Made by a program: the position numbers and the translations under genes. Under the pieces are notes generated by a model. The model did no database searches. It saw only the letters and a list, made by a program, of their open reading frames with translations, and was not told the DNA's origin. 64,000 nucleotides of DNA. Origin: Octopus sinensis (taxonomy: Eukaryota). Location: NCBI RefSeq assembly GCF_006345805.1, contig NC_042997.1:131502001-131566000 (forward strand), in the 5' to 3' direction. Shown here in pieces: positions 12,377 to 25,009 of this stretch (the first letter of the stretch is position 1; every line of letters begins with the position of its first letter).

Positions 12377-12763
12377 CTAGCAGTATTGTTGCTCGGGTTT
12401 GTTTCGACCCTTTAGAATTGGAATTTTTGAAAAGTAAACATTTTGCATTATGTAGCTTGTTATTCTCTTTAAGTGAACATTTTTCTGGTTGAAATACACC
12501 GAAAAATGGCGACACAGCAGTAAAAAAATCGTAAAAAATAGGGATTTTCATAGAAAAAAAGCAGCTTTTTGATGCAAATAATTTTTGGTGTTAACATGGT
12601 CTGATTTGAATTTTTTCTTCTACGGAAGGAAGAGCAAGCCTTCTTCTATCATACTCTCAATTTTAGTCAACTTGCACCACAGGGTCTCGGAGGAGATAGT
12701 ATTAGTTGAAGGCTACCAAACTTGCCATACACAGACAACTTCAGCTTTATATATATATAGAGA
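12377..12763 (-). mobile_element. Non-autonomous Helitron-like element
   Basis: Minus strand starts A|TCTCTATATATATA..AAGCTGAAGTTGTCTG and ends GCAACAATACTGCTAG|T (5'-TC, 3'-CTAG, A/T target, no TSD). Confidence 0.7.
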
Positions 12764-12792
12764 TATAGCAAGTTAATATGAAGTTACAATAT

Positions 12793-13035
12793 AAGGTGGC
12801 AAGATGGCAGAATCATTAGCTCACCAAGCAAAGTGCTTAGCAGCATTTCATCCAACTTAATGCTCTGAGTTCAAAGGCCACCAGAGTCAGCTTTGCCTTT
12901 CATCCTTTTGGGGTTACATTAACCCCAGTGCTCAGCTGGTACTTATTTCCTCAACCCCAAAAGGATGAAAGGCAAAGCTGACTCTGGTGGCCTTTGAAAA
13001 TTGCTAGCCTTCTGCCAAAATCCGAAACCAATATT
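12793..13035 (+). mobile_element. Family B SINE with internal fold-back inversion
   Basis: Perfect 46-bp inverted repeat 12870-12915 / 12953-12998. Confidence 0.85.
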
Positions 13036-13194
13036 AAATTATACTATGAAGCAGTGAGCTGACAGAATCAGCCAGGCAAAATGTTTAAGGGCAATTTGAC
13101 CATCTTTACATTTTGACCATCCTTACATTCTGAGTTTAAATTCTACCAAGATTGATTTTGCCTTTCCTCCTTTCAGGGTCAATAAAATAAGTCC

Positions 13195-13429
13195 CTATTT
13201 CTTTACTGCCCACAAGGGGCTACACACAGAGGGGGCAAACAAGGACAGACAAACGGATTAAGTCGATTATATCGACTCCAGTGTGTAACTGGTACCTATT
13301 TAATCGACCCCGAAAGGATGGAAGGCAAAGTCGACCTCGGTGGAATTTTTAACTCAGAATGTAGCAGCAGACGAAATACTGCCAAGCATTTCACCCGGCG
13401 TGCTAACGTTTCTGCCAGCTCACCGCCTT
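13195..13429 (-). mobile_element. Young family B SINE nested in an older family B copy (~13048-13570)
   Basis: Flanking direct repeat TCAATAAAATAAGT (13179-13192, 13431-13444). Confidence 0.9.
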
Positions 13430-13828
13430 CTCAATAAAATAAGTACCACTTGAGCATTGGTGTTGATGTAACCTACTCCCTACTCCAAATTACTGGCATT
13501 ACCTTTTATTTGTTTCAGTCATTTGACTGCAGCCATACTGGGGCACTGCCTTGTGTCAAAATTTGAAAACAATATTATTATACAACATATTTCTAGATTC
13601 TTTATACATCCATGAATGTAAGGGCAATTTGAGATTGTGATGAAATATCAGCTCATGAATTCAAATGGTGATGTGGGCATTTCTTTTACTTTTGTCACTT
13701 TTCTTAAGTGAAAGAGCTGGTGTCAAACCTTTTTCAGAAATTACTTGGGATAGACTGTTCAATCTATAGTTTTCTGATGAGTGACAATTACATTTCTTTA
13801 ACTACTACATATTTTGGAGATAATTTTA

Positions 13829-14163
13829 TGAAGGTACATGGCTCAGTGGTTGGAGTGTTGGGTTTACAATCATGAGGTAGTGAGTTTAATTCCAGGACTG
13901 GACTGTGTGTTGTGTTCTTGACTAAGACACTTTATTTCACGTTGCTCCAGTTCACTCAGCTGTAGAAATGAATTGTGATGTCACTGATGCCAAGTTGCAC
14001 TGGACTTTGCCTTTCCCTTGGACAACATCAGTGGTGTAGAGAGTGGAGGCTGGTATGCATGAGTGACTGCTGGTCTTCCATAAACAACCTTGCCTGAACT
14101 TCTGCCTCAGAAGGGAACTTTCAAGGTGCAATCCTATGGTCATTCATGACCAAAGGTGGTTTT
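13829..14163 (+). mobile_element. SINE family C, full length
   Basis: A-box TGGCTCAGTGG, B-box GAGTTTAATTCC, CORE-like TGTGTTCTTGACTAAGACACTT. Confidence 0.85.
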
Positions 14164-14850
14164 TAATGCTATGAATGAATTTTAATGACTCAGTGTCTCA
14201 GGAACGGTTCAGGTTCTTCTTCAGAATAGATTCCAAGCATATTATCACCATACAGTTTTTGGTGACATCTAAAGGCAATGAAAAAAAATATGACCAGGCA
14301 GTCACAAATGATTCAACAGAGAAAGATATTTGAGGGTCAATAGATGTAATAAATATGGCTGACACTGCTCAGATCAAAGATGATGGCACACTTGCATAAA
14401 GACTGAATATTTGCAACTGAATAAGATTGTGTTTATCCTTTATGTAGTTTCAGTTATAGGACTGCAACCATACTACCATTTAGTCAACTAAACCCTTCAA
14501 AGTAGGAAGCAATAAGTTACAGAGATGTAGACGAACTAACACCAGTTTTCAAGCAGTCAAGGACACACACACAGTTTTCATGTACTAAATTCACTCACAA
14601 GGTATTGGTTAGCACAGAGCTATGGTAGAACATGCTTGCCCAAGGATTGAACTCAAAACCAAAGCTCCTTAACCACACAATTATGCCTGTGGTTATAGCA
14701 CATTATTTAATTATTTTTCTTTTAGTCAGAAAAGAAGGCAGTGTTCATGTCATGACCCTTTACAGGGTCTCTCAGACTGGTGAGAGGGATAAAGAAGGAA
14801 GGTATCTTCAAACCAGACACTTGGCCTAAGTGCAACAGAATAGACTCTGC

Positions 14851-15075
14851 CAGCTGGCAGAAATGTTAGCACGCCAAGCGAAATGCTCTGTGGTATTTCG
14901 ACTGCCATTACGTTCTCAGTTCAAATTCCACCAAGGTCGACTTTGCCTTTCATCCTTTCAGGGTCGATAAATTAAGTACCAGTTATGCACTGGGGTCGAT
15001 GTAATTGACTTAATCCCTTTGTCTGTCCTTGTTTGTCTCCTCTGTGTTTAACCCCTTGTGGGCAATAAAGAAATA
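14851..15075 (+). mobile_element. SINE family B
   Basis: Family body; TSD AGAATAGAC(T/A)CTGC. Confidence 0.9.
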
Positions 15076-15439
15076 AGAATAGACACTGCTAAAGGCATTC
15101 TAGGTACCTGTGACTAGTATTAAGCCAGGCAATGGATGAAGTCTATCACAGAAGTTGATCATTTTAGGATTTGAACTCAGAACACCAAGATACAGAACAA
15201 ATACTATAAGGTATCCAGTTTGATGTTCTTACAGCTCCATCAGTCTACCACCCTAGATTGGTACTTTTTTTTTTAAAGTCTTGAAAAGATAAGAGTGAAA
15301 AACAAATGCTGTGAGACAATTCTGTTCAGTGTTCTAAAGACTATGCCAGTTTGCCACCATTCATTGCTTTAGATCTATGTCTCTGTTTGTGATAAGAAAC
15401 TCTCAAGAGAGCTGAACAGCAGGTCTTCAGAAAAGAACC

Positions 15440-15700
15440 CCACTTCAGGCAAGTATTTCAACCATTAACTTCCCCAGGTCATGACTCTTGGACACTCTTC
15501 TGCTGACATTTTTTTAGCCACTTTGAGATGATTAAGGTACAACCTGTTGATACCGAATACTTATCCTTTAAGTTAGAATAAGTACAGAGTAACCCTTCTA
15601 AATAATTAGGAACTCCTAATCTAAACCCTAGAGAGGTTGATGTTAAGACCTTGCAGCTGATATACCAGAAATTTTGGAGGTAACTAGGCTTCAGTTGTGA
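15440..15700 (-). pseudogene. Possible ancient LINE reverse-transcriptase relic
   Basis: RLGVPNYLEGLLCTY and downstream KSVQES*PG weakly resemble the GVP.YL...SYL and G.PQGS.LGP RT motifs. Confidence 0.25.
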
Positions 15701-16420
15701 TGATACAGTCATTGTGTTGATAATTAAAATATGGCACAGTACTCCAGCTGTTTCAACCAAGTCAGCTAAAACTAAGGCCATATATCCAGGCTATGCTAAT
15801 AATACATTTCTCTGTTATTTTTATCTTTCACATATTTTTACATTTCATGAACACATGCTTTCATTTAAATATAGTGAGGGGGAGAGAGAGAGCGGTTATT
15901 CATAGGACGACTTTAAAAGTTTAGGAAATATAAACAAAAGCTTGATGTATTGGTGTAGCACCATGAGAATTAGAGATTCATTGGTTCATGGCTACACATC
16001 ATGCTTTTCAGCATTATGTTTGTTGTTTAGCATCAGGTCAGTGCTGATCAAACAGATCTATAAGGATAATAATGAGCTTATTGTATTCAATGCTCCCATG
16101 CACTACAAATCGTAGGAAAAGGGTAAAAGAAGCGAGAGAGAGAAAAAAGTAATAAGTCAAGTAAAGAAAGACAGCAATGAAAGCTAAAAGTACATGCACA
16201 GTATACAGGAAAAAACACAAGACAGAAAAATGAACTTTAAAAGAGTCATAAAGAGGAAAAGGTGCACAGGCATGTCAGGATGATGTTGGTGAATTTCGGG
16301 AAACACAGAAGTTTTGAAGGCTGTAGTGTCCTGAAGAGTCTAGGACATTTACCCACTCCCATGGACAATAACCACACTAATGACCCTTAAGGACAACAGA
16401 TGATGATTTAAAATTTCTTG

Positions 16421-16805
16421 AGGCTGTGTGGTAAGTAGCTTGCCTACCAACCACATGGTTCCATGTTCAATCCCACTGCGTGGCACCTTGAGCAAGTGTC
16501 TTCTACTATAGCCTCTGGCCAACCAAAGCCTTGTGAATGGATTTGGTAGACAGAAACTAAAAGAAGCCCATCGTATATATAAATATATGTATGTGTGTGT
16601 GTTTGTGTTTGTCCCCCCAACATCGCTTGACAATCGATGCTGGTGTGTTTACGTCCCTGTAACTTAGCAGTTCGGCAAAAGAGAATGATAGAATAAGTAC
16701 TAGGCTAAAAAAGAATAAGTCCTGGGATTGATTTGTTTTGACTAAAGGCGGTGCTCCAGGATGGCCACAGTCAAATGACTGAAACAAGTAAAAAGGTAAA
16801 AGAGT
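16421..16805 (+). mobile_element. SINE family A
   Basis: Head to tail match. Confidence 0.92.
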
Positions 16806-17599
16806 AAATATATTGGAGAGGAGGTAATTAACCAAGGGGAGTAATTGTCCTATAGTGGGGGGGGAATTATTCTAGGGGCTGTATTTGTCCTGACAGCTAA
16901 CACCTGGCATGGGTGGTTTATTCCATGCTTCAACAATTCTGAGCTGGCAAAAGTGCTCCTGAAAGTCATGAGTGATGCACTGTCTTTTGAATTTATAAGC
17001 ATGCCTACACATAGCATTGAATTCAGAGCTGGCCAAAGTTGTTGTTGGAAAGATGGTGGGTAACCATAATTTATGCCATTATTTTTGTTTAACCCTAGGC
17101 CAACCCTGATCAAACAGACCTATGATCAAAGACTATACCTTGTCTTCCTTTACTGACATAGTTTATCCAGATTTACATTATCCCAAAACATGAAATTGAA
17201 AGGAGATTTAGCTGTTGTTTCTAGCAAGTTGAGTGGTCATGTAGATGTTTTTGTTGGTTTGTATATCTTTTTTCAATAATCATTGGCATGGAGATAAATA
17301 GAACTTACATCTCAAGTGGTTAGCTTTTAGGAAGAACATACTGCCATGAAGAATGTCAGCAATCAGCAGCATTAGTTCGTTTGTTTGAAGTGCAATTAAT
17401 CAACTAATAGATGTACAACAATATGCATTTGTATTGCAAATTGTGAGAAATGTATTGAAAGAATTAATCTTGTGAAATTAACTCATATATTCTTCACAGT
17501 AAACAATGGTGTCAAGCATATGTAGTTGTTTAACCCCAAGATCAGTCCTAATTCACCAAAACTATGATCAAATGCATTCAAGCCATAACAATGCAGTTT

Positions 17600-17913
17600 T
17601 TCATGGCACATAAAAAGCACCATCTGAACGTTGCCAGCGCCGCCTTGGCTGGCTTCCGTGCCGCTGGCACATTAAAAGCTCCAACTGATCGTGGCCGATG
17701 CCGGACCCCCCTGGCACCTGTGCAGGTGGCACGTAAAAGCACCCACTACACTCACGGAGTGGTTGGCATTAGGAAGGGCATCCAGCCGTAGAAACTCTGC
17801 CAGATCAGACTGGAGCCTGGAGCAGCCCCTAGCTTCCCAGACCCCGGTCGAACCGTCCAACCCGTGCTAGCGCGGAAAACGGACGTTAAACGATGATGAT
17901 GATGATGATGATG
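17600..17913 (+). mobile_element. SINE family D inserted in another dispersed repeat (17525-18010; relatives at ~17085, 33235, 51190, 55490, 61960)
   Basis: Family D motifs; host repeat carries GTTGTTTAACCCC..ATGATCAAA and TTTGAGGGA.ATTTGGCTGCTATTT. Confidence 0.85.
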
Positions 17914-18104
17914 AATGAACCATAGGTTACTTTATCTAATATGTCCTTTCTTTAAGGTAAATTGTTGTGGTTTGAGGGATATTTGGCTGCTATTTTAGTA
18001 AGTTGAAAGAGCATATTCTCCTACCATAGCTTAACAAGGATATGTTACCATCTTAACACATCTCTTTTATTCAAACTTGGTGCTGTTGACTAAATTCTCA
18101 TTTG

Positions 18105-18593
18105 GCGTGACTGTGAAGACCCGACAAATGAAGTGAGTTCATGGTTCACAGGACGGCCTTCTGTGCTAACCTTGGATCATAGGATGACCTGCTGTGCTTG
18201 AGGAAACCTATTGAGTCAAATACATCAACATCAAAATAAAAAATCAAACAGAAATTGTAGTTGTGATACCCATGCCGGTGGCATGTAAAAAGCACCATCC
18301 GAACATGGCCGATGCCAGCACCGCCTGATAGGCATCCGTGTCAGTGACATGTAAAAAGCACCAACCGATTGCAGCTGTTTGGCAGCCCCCTCTGGCCCTG
18401 TGCCAGTGGCACGTAAAAAGCACCCACTACACTCACGGAGTGGTTGGCATTAGGAAGGGCATCCAGCTGTAGAAACTCTGCCAGATCAGATTGGAGCCTG
18501 GTGCAGCCATCTGGTTTGCTAGACCTCAGTCGAATCATCCAATGCATGCTAGCATGGAAAGTGGATCTTAAACGATGATGATGATGATGATGA
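18105..18593 (+). mobile_element. SINE family D, long form with three pseudoknot modules
   Basis: GTGAAGACCCG 5' part, 3 x GTG(G/A)CA(C/T)GTAAAA(A)GCACC, (GAT)n tail. Confidence 0.88.
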
Positions 18594-18815
18594 ATTAGGA
18601 ATTGTATTAAAATATTCTATGTATTGTAGAAGTATAGCTAATTCATTGTGCATGAAATTTTAACAAAAAAATCTTACATTGAACCCCAAGCGTCATGTGG
18701 ACACTGGTTGAGAACTACTGCAAAATAATTAGCAGCAAAGGTGCATTTCTGTACTTTCACAGACTTTGATTAATTAAAATTTTCCAGTTCAAATCTCACT
18801 GCAATTCTCTTTGTA

Positions 18816-19725
18816 TTGGGTCATCCCATAAATAATGCGGTTTTTTTCAATTGCATGAACTAAAAGTCGAATGGGAATGGGATAAGATACCTGCATTAAC
18901 TTGCTATAAAAGCAGGTAGTAATTTTACCTTGTGGTTATTCTTAGTGCAAGTTTTGAAGAGTGCAGTTCAATTTTAACAGTTATTTTCTCAAAGATATAA
19001 TGGAAGTGACAAAGGAGCATATTTGGCATTATGAATTCAATAAAGGCAAAAGAAAGTGCGAGGAATACTAATGCAGTATATGGGGATTAGACAATAAATA
19101 TAAACCAATGTTAACGATGGTTCCAGAAATTCCAAGTTGGAAACTACAACCTAGAAGACAAGCCTCATCCTGGTAATCTGTAGAGGTCGATGAGGACATT
19201 CTGCAAACCTTTGTGGAACAAAATCCCATCATAACTGTTGAGGAACTAGTGGAGAAGCTTGAATTTGGTCATTTTACCAGTCATTCAAGTCAGCGCTACA
19301 AGGAAAACAATCACCTTTGGTTTCAAGACGAAAGGTGTTCTTCCATCAAGATAATGCTCAGCCACATACAGCAAGGATGACATTCCAAAGGCTGGAGTAG
19401 TTTGAATGGAAAATGATGCCCTGCCCACCATATTCACTGGATATTGCCCCATCTGATTATCATTTATTCCGCAGTCTTCAAAATCATTTGGACAGAAAAT
19501 ATATGAATTCTGTAGACAAGCTTAGGACAGCTCTGGAGGAATATTTTTCTTTATAGACAAGTGAATTTTGGAAAAGGGGCCTTACAAGTCTACCAGATAG
19601 ATGGAAGAGCATTGTAAAACATGAAAGAGAGTATATCTTAGGTTAAAAAAAAGCTTTGTTTATCTTAATGTTGAAAAATAAAAGAAGTATAAAAAAAAAA
19701 CCACATTATTTATGGGATAACCCAA
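18816..19725 (+). mobile_element. Mariner (DD34D) transposon, internally deleted and decayed
   Basis: TIR TTGGGTCATCCCATAAATAATGCGGTTTT at both ends, TA TSD; transposase remnants MEVTKEHI..YEFNKG, HQDNAQPHTA, PPYSLDIAPSDYHLFRSLQNHL. Confidence 0.95.
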
Positions 19726-20822
19726 TACATCTTTCTGGGGACAAAGCAGGTTCAAGCAATGCTTTTGTGTTTGATTCAATGGGTTATATTTTTGTCCCTA
19801 CAAAAATTGGTCGTTGTGTTGGAAAAAAATATAAAAGAAATAAATACCAATACTGAATATTCTGTTTGTCAGCATTTTTGGCTGAAATTTCATCTGATTC
19901 CTTTCATCTTTATTTGTAGCAATAATTAGAATGAGACAGCTAAAATGACAGGCATTAGATTGGATTAGTTAGGACTGAGATGAAAGAATCTGATGTAGCC
20001 AAATAGCAGTTCATTTGACCAATCTGCATACAACAGGGAATAATTTGGAAACTGATAATACAATTTCCTTGGATCAATGATGTATCTCTTGAGTGATTGG
20101 TCAAAAGTCAACATAACGAGTCTCTTATTATATCCAAATCATCTTTACACTTTATGCTAGATTTTCTTGTAATTCTTTTTTATTGTTATTATTTTCATCA
20201 TGTGACTGTATGTGGAATGAGTTTGCAATTTATTATTATTTAAATGAGTGTATTCTTGGGGCAGATATTTCAGATAATTGCTCTTCTTTGGACAAAAGCG
20301 TATCATTTATTCATTCATTTGTTGTAATATTTGAAATGCTTTCTCCTTTGTTTTTATCAATCTATTCTGCTTCACCCAAACCAAATAAGGACAATAAAGG
20401 AGACAAACTCGTCTAATTTTAATGCTGCTAACTCAGTATTAAACAGCTGTTAATTCTATGAGCATGCATTTTCACTTTCACACATCCTTCTCTTTGCAGC
20501 TCCCACTGATTATTCTCACTCCCTGTACTAAATGTGAACAGCCATCTAGCTCTTCTACAAGAAGAACCTACTCCCCCCAAAAATTCTACTGCCTCATCAC
20601 CTAGCATATAGCTGACCCTACCATCTTAGGTTTCACAGTCTTGATCTGCATTGCAACCTCACTAGTGCCAAAAGTACCCAGTAGACACTGTAAAGTGGTT
20701 GGCATTAGCAAGGGCATCCAGCCATAGAAACCATGCCAAAGCAGATTTTGGTGCACAATGCAGTCCTTGGACCCATTGGATCTTGTCTGATCATCCAACC
20801 CATGCCAGATGTTAGATGATGA

Positions 20823-20869
<47 letters not shown>

Positions 20870-22768
20870 TCATCATCATCATAATTTAACATCCGTTGTC
20901 CATGCTGACATAGGTTGGACAGTTTGACAGGGCTGGCATGCTGGAAGGCTGCACCAGACTTCAGTGTAATTTGGCATCTTCTTTCAGTTTCCATCAACCA
21001 AATCCACTCACAAGGCTTTGATTGGCTTGGAGCTATAGTAGAAATCATTTGACCAGGGTGCCACGTAATGGGACTTAACCTAGAAACATACAGTTGGGAG
21101 ATAGGCAGAGGGATAGGCATCTTTCAGTATCTATTTGATTATTTCAACATGAGCTTGTTGACACAGCACAACCAATATTATATAGTAAAATCAGTTTTAA
21201 TTTTCCTTTTCTACCTTTCTTCTCTAAATCCCTGTTTTTCATTATCTACTGACAAGCTCTAAGAGCCTTCAGATTTTTGCCCATAAATATAAGCCAGCAT
21301 CTTGTATCTGCCTTGATCTACAGCTGTTGTTTACAGAGCACACAAACTAACATTTCAGTCATTAGCCAGCTCAGCCAGGGAGCTATTTACCTCCCTGCTA
21401 TTTCAGAGGTGTTACAGGTGCATTTTAGGCTCACATGATAAGGCTTAGAATCTATTTTTGTTTCTAAATGGCCATATGTCTAAACCTAGCTCTTCAATAA
21501 TATTAAAGTCAATGTATAAGTGTGTGACTTATCACCATCATCATTTCACATAGGCTTTCCATGCTGGCATGGGTTGAATAGATCATCATGATTTGAGTCA
21601 TTTTCCATTGAGAGTTAGAGTTCCTGAAAGCTAGGTGCTCCTCCATATCATTTGACTTGGTTTCTATAGCTGGATGTCCTTCTTAATGACAACCACGACT
21701 GATTATATAAGTCAATATAAGGGTCGTTGATTGGCCCAGTTAGTAGTGTGATGGACAAAAATGCTTTGCAGTATTTATGAACCATGACATTATGAGTGAG
21801 TTCAAGCCTTGTAGAAGTCATATTTGCTTCTCAGTCTTTCAGAAATAGGTCCTAGCTGGCCCCAATGGGGGTTGAGCTAATCAACTATACCCACCCTACT
21901 ATGCTGAGACAAATAAAATTAGGAAGAACTGCAAAAAATTCAGTGTAAAGTGGGCAAGTAATATTTCATGCATATGTGTTTTATCAAGCAGCCCTCTCCC
22001 ACTTGGAAATGGTATGATGGGGGCCCCAGTTGAAGAAAAGTTACCCATTCCTGATTTAGTCAAACAAATCAACCCCAGTTCTTAAGTTTTTAACACCTGG
22101 TACTTATTCTACCATTCTCTTTTTACTGGACAACTAAATCATGGAGATATAAACAAATCAGTACAGCTTGTCAAGTGGTGGTGCAAACACACACACACAC
22201 ACACACATTCACACAAACTCATGCACACATGAGTTTCTATCTATCAGGTTTTTAGTTTCAGGTGCTTATACAATCACAAGCACGCACAAACTCTCTCAGC
22301 ACCCCTCAACCTTGACCCAGAATGTTACACCTGGAAAAAGAGAGAACAGCACCAGCACCCAAATAGTACTCATTTACAGCTGAGTTGATTGGGGCAATGT
22401 GAAATGAAAAGCCTCACACAAGAACAAAACACATTATCCTATTTAAGAATTGAACTCATGACATTTTGATCATAAGCTGAACACTTCAACCACCAGGCCA
22501 TTCACTTTCACATGTTGTGTACTTTTGTAGTCTGTTACACTTTGTCACATATTGTAATATTTTGACTTTACCTTTCTTCAGCCTGAAATTCTTTCCAGTT
22601 CATACCATATTTCAATACACTAACAAATGGGCTGTTTTGAAATGGCACAGAAATGTGACTTGGTTCTCATATATTCTCTATTGTGATGTCTATATTTAAA
22701 TTTTAAGTAAATATTTCTTGGAAAACTTCAGTTAATTTGAATTGAGTTTTTGAATTTTATTCAGCTTA

Positions 22769-22925
22769 GGCGCAGGAATGGCTATGTGGCAAGTAGCTTG
22801 CTTACCAACCACATGGTTCCGGGTTCAGTCCCCCTGCATGGCACCTTGGGCAAGTGTCTTTTACTCTAGCCTCAGGCCAACCAAAGCCTTGTGAGTGGAT
22901 TTGGTAGACAGAAACTGAAAGAAGC

Positions 22926-22990
<65 letters not shown>

Positions 22991-23178
22991 TTGTCCCCCC
23001 ATCATTGCTTGACAACCGATGCTGGTGTGTTTACGCCCCTGTAACTTAGTGGTTCGGCAAAAGAGACCACTAGAATAAGTCCCAGGCTTACCAAGAATAA
23101 GCCCTAGGATCGATTTGGTCGACTAAAGGTGGTGCTCCAGCATGGCTGCAGTCAAATGACTGAAGCAAGTAAAAAAGT
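22769..23178 (+). mobile_element. SINE family A, full length
   Basis: Head to tail match. Confidence 0.93.
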
Positions 23179-24035
23179 AACCAATTCAGGGATATAGATC
23201 CATTTTGCCAGCTGTAATCATTCAGGTCTAAGTTTGAAGTAGAACGTCTATGATGCTTAATTTATGGTTTTATAACACACCTTTTGTGTGTGTGTGTATG
23301 ATTATATATATAAGCAAACTTAGAAGCAGGAAGAGAGTAGGTATTTTACAGAAAATAAAGTAAATCTCGATTGCAAGATGACTGTGGAAACAGCTTAGAT
23401 GTAAAAAAGTTGTTACCAGGCAGCTACAGAGAATCGAACCCTCTACCTCTCAGATACTCGCTGAGAGGTACATGGTTCACAGCTATCCTGCGTTTGAGAT
23501 ATATATATGTATATGTAGACGTACACACCATAATGATGATGTGTGCGCATACACATACATATATATTTCAAAAGCAGGATAGCCGTGATGTATATATATA
23601 TAGTTTGTGTGTGTGTGTGTGCAGTGCCGGTATATATATAATATAGTCTGAAGTATTTAAATAGAATATAAAGATGTTGCATTCGTTTCTTAATACAATT
23701 TAAGAGTTCATATATATTTCATAGTATCTTTGGGATTTAGCAGAGTTTACACTGTTGCAACCATTCAGACCATCCTTATTTTTGCTGAAAATACTGACCA
23801 GTATATAAGAGTTCAAAACTGGACATCAGTCACGTCGATCATACAAGCCTGAGAAAGTCTCCACCTCATATAGAAAAAGCAACAACAATCTACTTGTCTA
23901 TGAACAATAATTAAATTAATGTTAGTTTATTTAAATGAGTAAAAATTAAAAACATGACAAGAAATGTATGTGTAGTAAAAAAAAAACAATATTACTAAAA
24001 AAAAATTGTATTTTAGTATTTCGGTACGTTTAGGA

Positions 24036-24067
24036 GACACGTTTCAACTTTATTCATGCCTCATCAG
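24036..24067 (-). ncRNA. Degenerate hammerhead-like motif
   Basis: Minus strand CTGATGA-GGC-(9 nt)-GTT-GAAAC-GT-GTC; stem I not evident. Confidence 0.45.
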
Positions 24068-24329
24068 TGAAGTACTGATCGTTCATTTGTAAGTGTAGAT
24101 TTATTTAGCTGTTTATAAACAGTAATTTAGTAATTCAATATCAATAACAAACAATAGTTTGCTGTTGATACTGGAGTTTTAAATAGTCCTCTTTCAGTAG
24201 TACAACCTCACAATTTTCAGTCAGTCAGTAAACATTTATTTGAAGTGATGAGGGGAATATAGGCGGTTTAAAAGTTTTTAAAAAATAATTATAGGAAATA
24301 TTTGTCTTGTTCGTTTATATTTTTCCTGA

Positions 24330-24495
24330 AGAAAACAGTTCAGTTCAAAGTTGAATTGTAGGAGTTACCTCCCTTGACCTGCTTCGTTATTTTTTTTCTT
24401 GGATCGCAAAAGTGTACGTCTCTCTCTCCCCGCCCTCTCTCTCTCTCTTCACCGCCCCCTCCCTCCGCCTCTCTCTCTCTCAAGCAGGTATTGTT
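24330..24495 (+). promoter_or_regulatory. Candidate promoter / first exon (CpG-retaining, GC boxes, donor-like CAG|GTATTG)
   Basis: CCCCGCCC, ACCGCCCC and TCCGCC in CT-rich unique sequence; surrounding 23.8-24.5 kb keeps many CpGs. Confidence 0.3.
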
Positions 24496-24532
24496 CAAGT
24501 TATTTTAATTACTGAAAAATACCTCAGGTCAT

Positions 24533-24865
24533 TTCTTTTTTGGATTTGGTTTGCAAGATTCTTTATGTGAGTTCGTGTGTTGAAGCATATATATATATAC
24601 TATTGTGTCTGGGGAGAGTCATTTTCTTGTTGTACCTTATAATTTAACACACTCACCGGTAAAAATTCCACTTATTTTTATTTTCCTAAAATTTTCGTTG
24701 CGTCTTCCACCTTTTTCAATAGTCTTGACTCTGACTATTGAAAAAAAAAGATTGCAAGACGCAACGAAAATTTTTGGGAAATAAAAATAAGGAATAAGTG
24801 GAAATTTTACCGGTGAGTGTGTTAAATCTTAAGGCACAAAAAAAAAAAAATTACTCTCCCCAGAC
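24533..24865 (-). mobile_element. Penelope-like retroelement remnant (inverted pLTR pair, hammerhead, ORF start)
   Basis: Inverted arms 24605-24724 / 24733-24867; 12-bp TSD ACCTCAGGTCAT (24521-24532, 24866-24877); hammerhead-like TTGAAAA..TTGC AAGAC GCAAC GAAA. Confidence 0.75.
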
Positions 24866-25009
24866 ACCTCAGGTCATATTTATAGGCTTGAATATAAAAA
24901 AAAATCATCTCCCCCTCTCACATATATATGGCTTGAGATGGGCAAGAAAACACACTTTTTACATCCTGTTTACATTTAATGTATGCGTTATGTATGTGTG
25001 TATATATTC

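Noticed and set aside
16327-16348. TGTCCTGAAGAGTCTAGGACA hairpin containing CTGAAGA
   Set aside because: No GAAA or NUH half downstream
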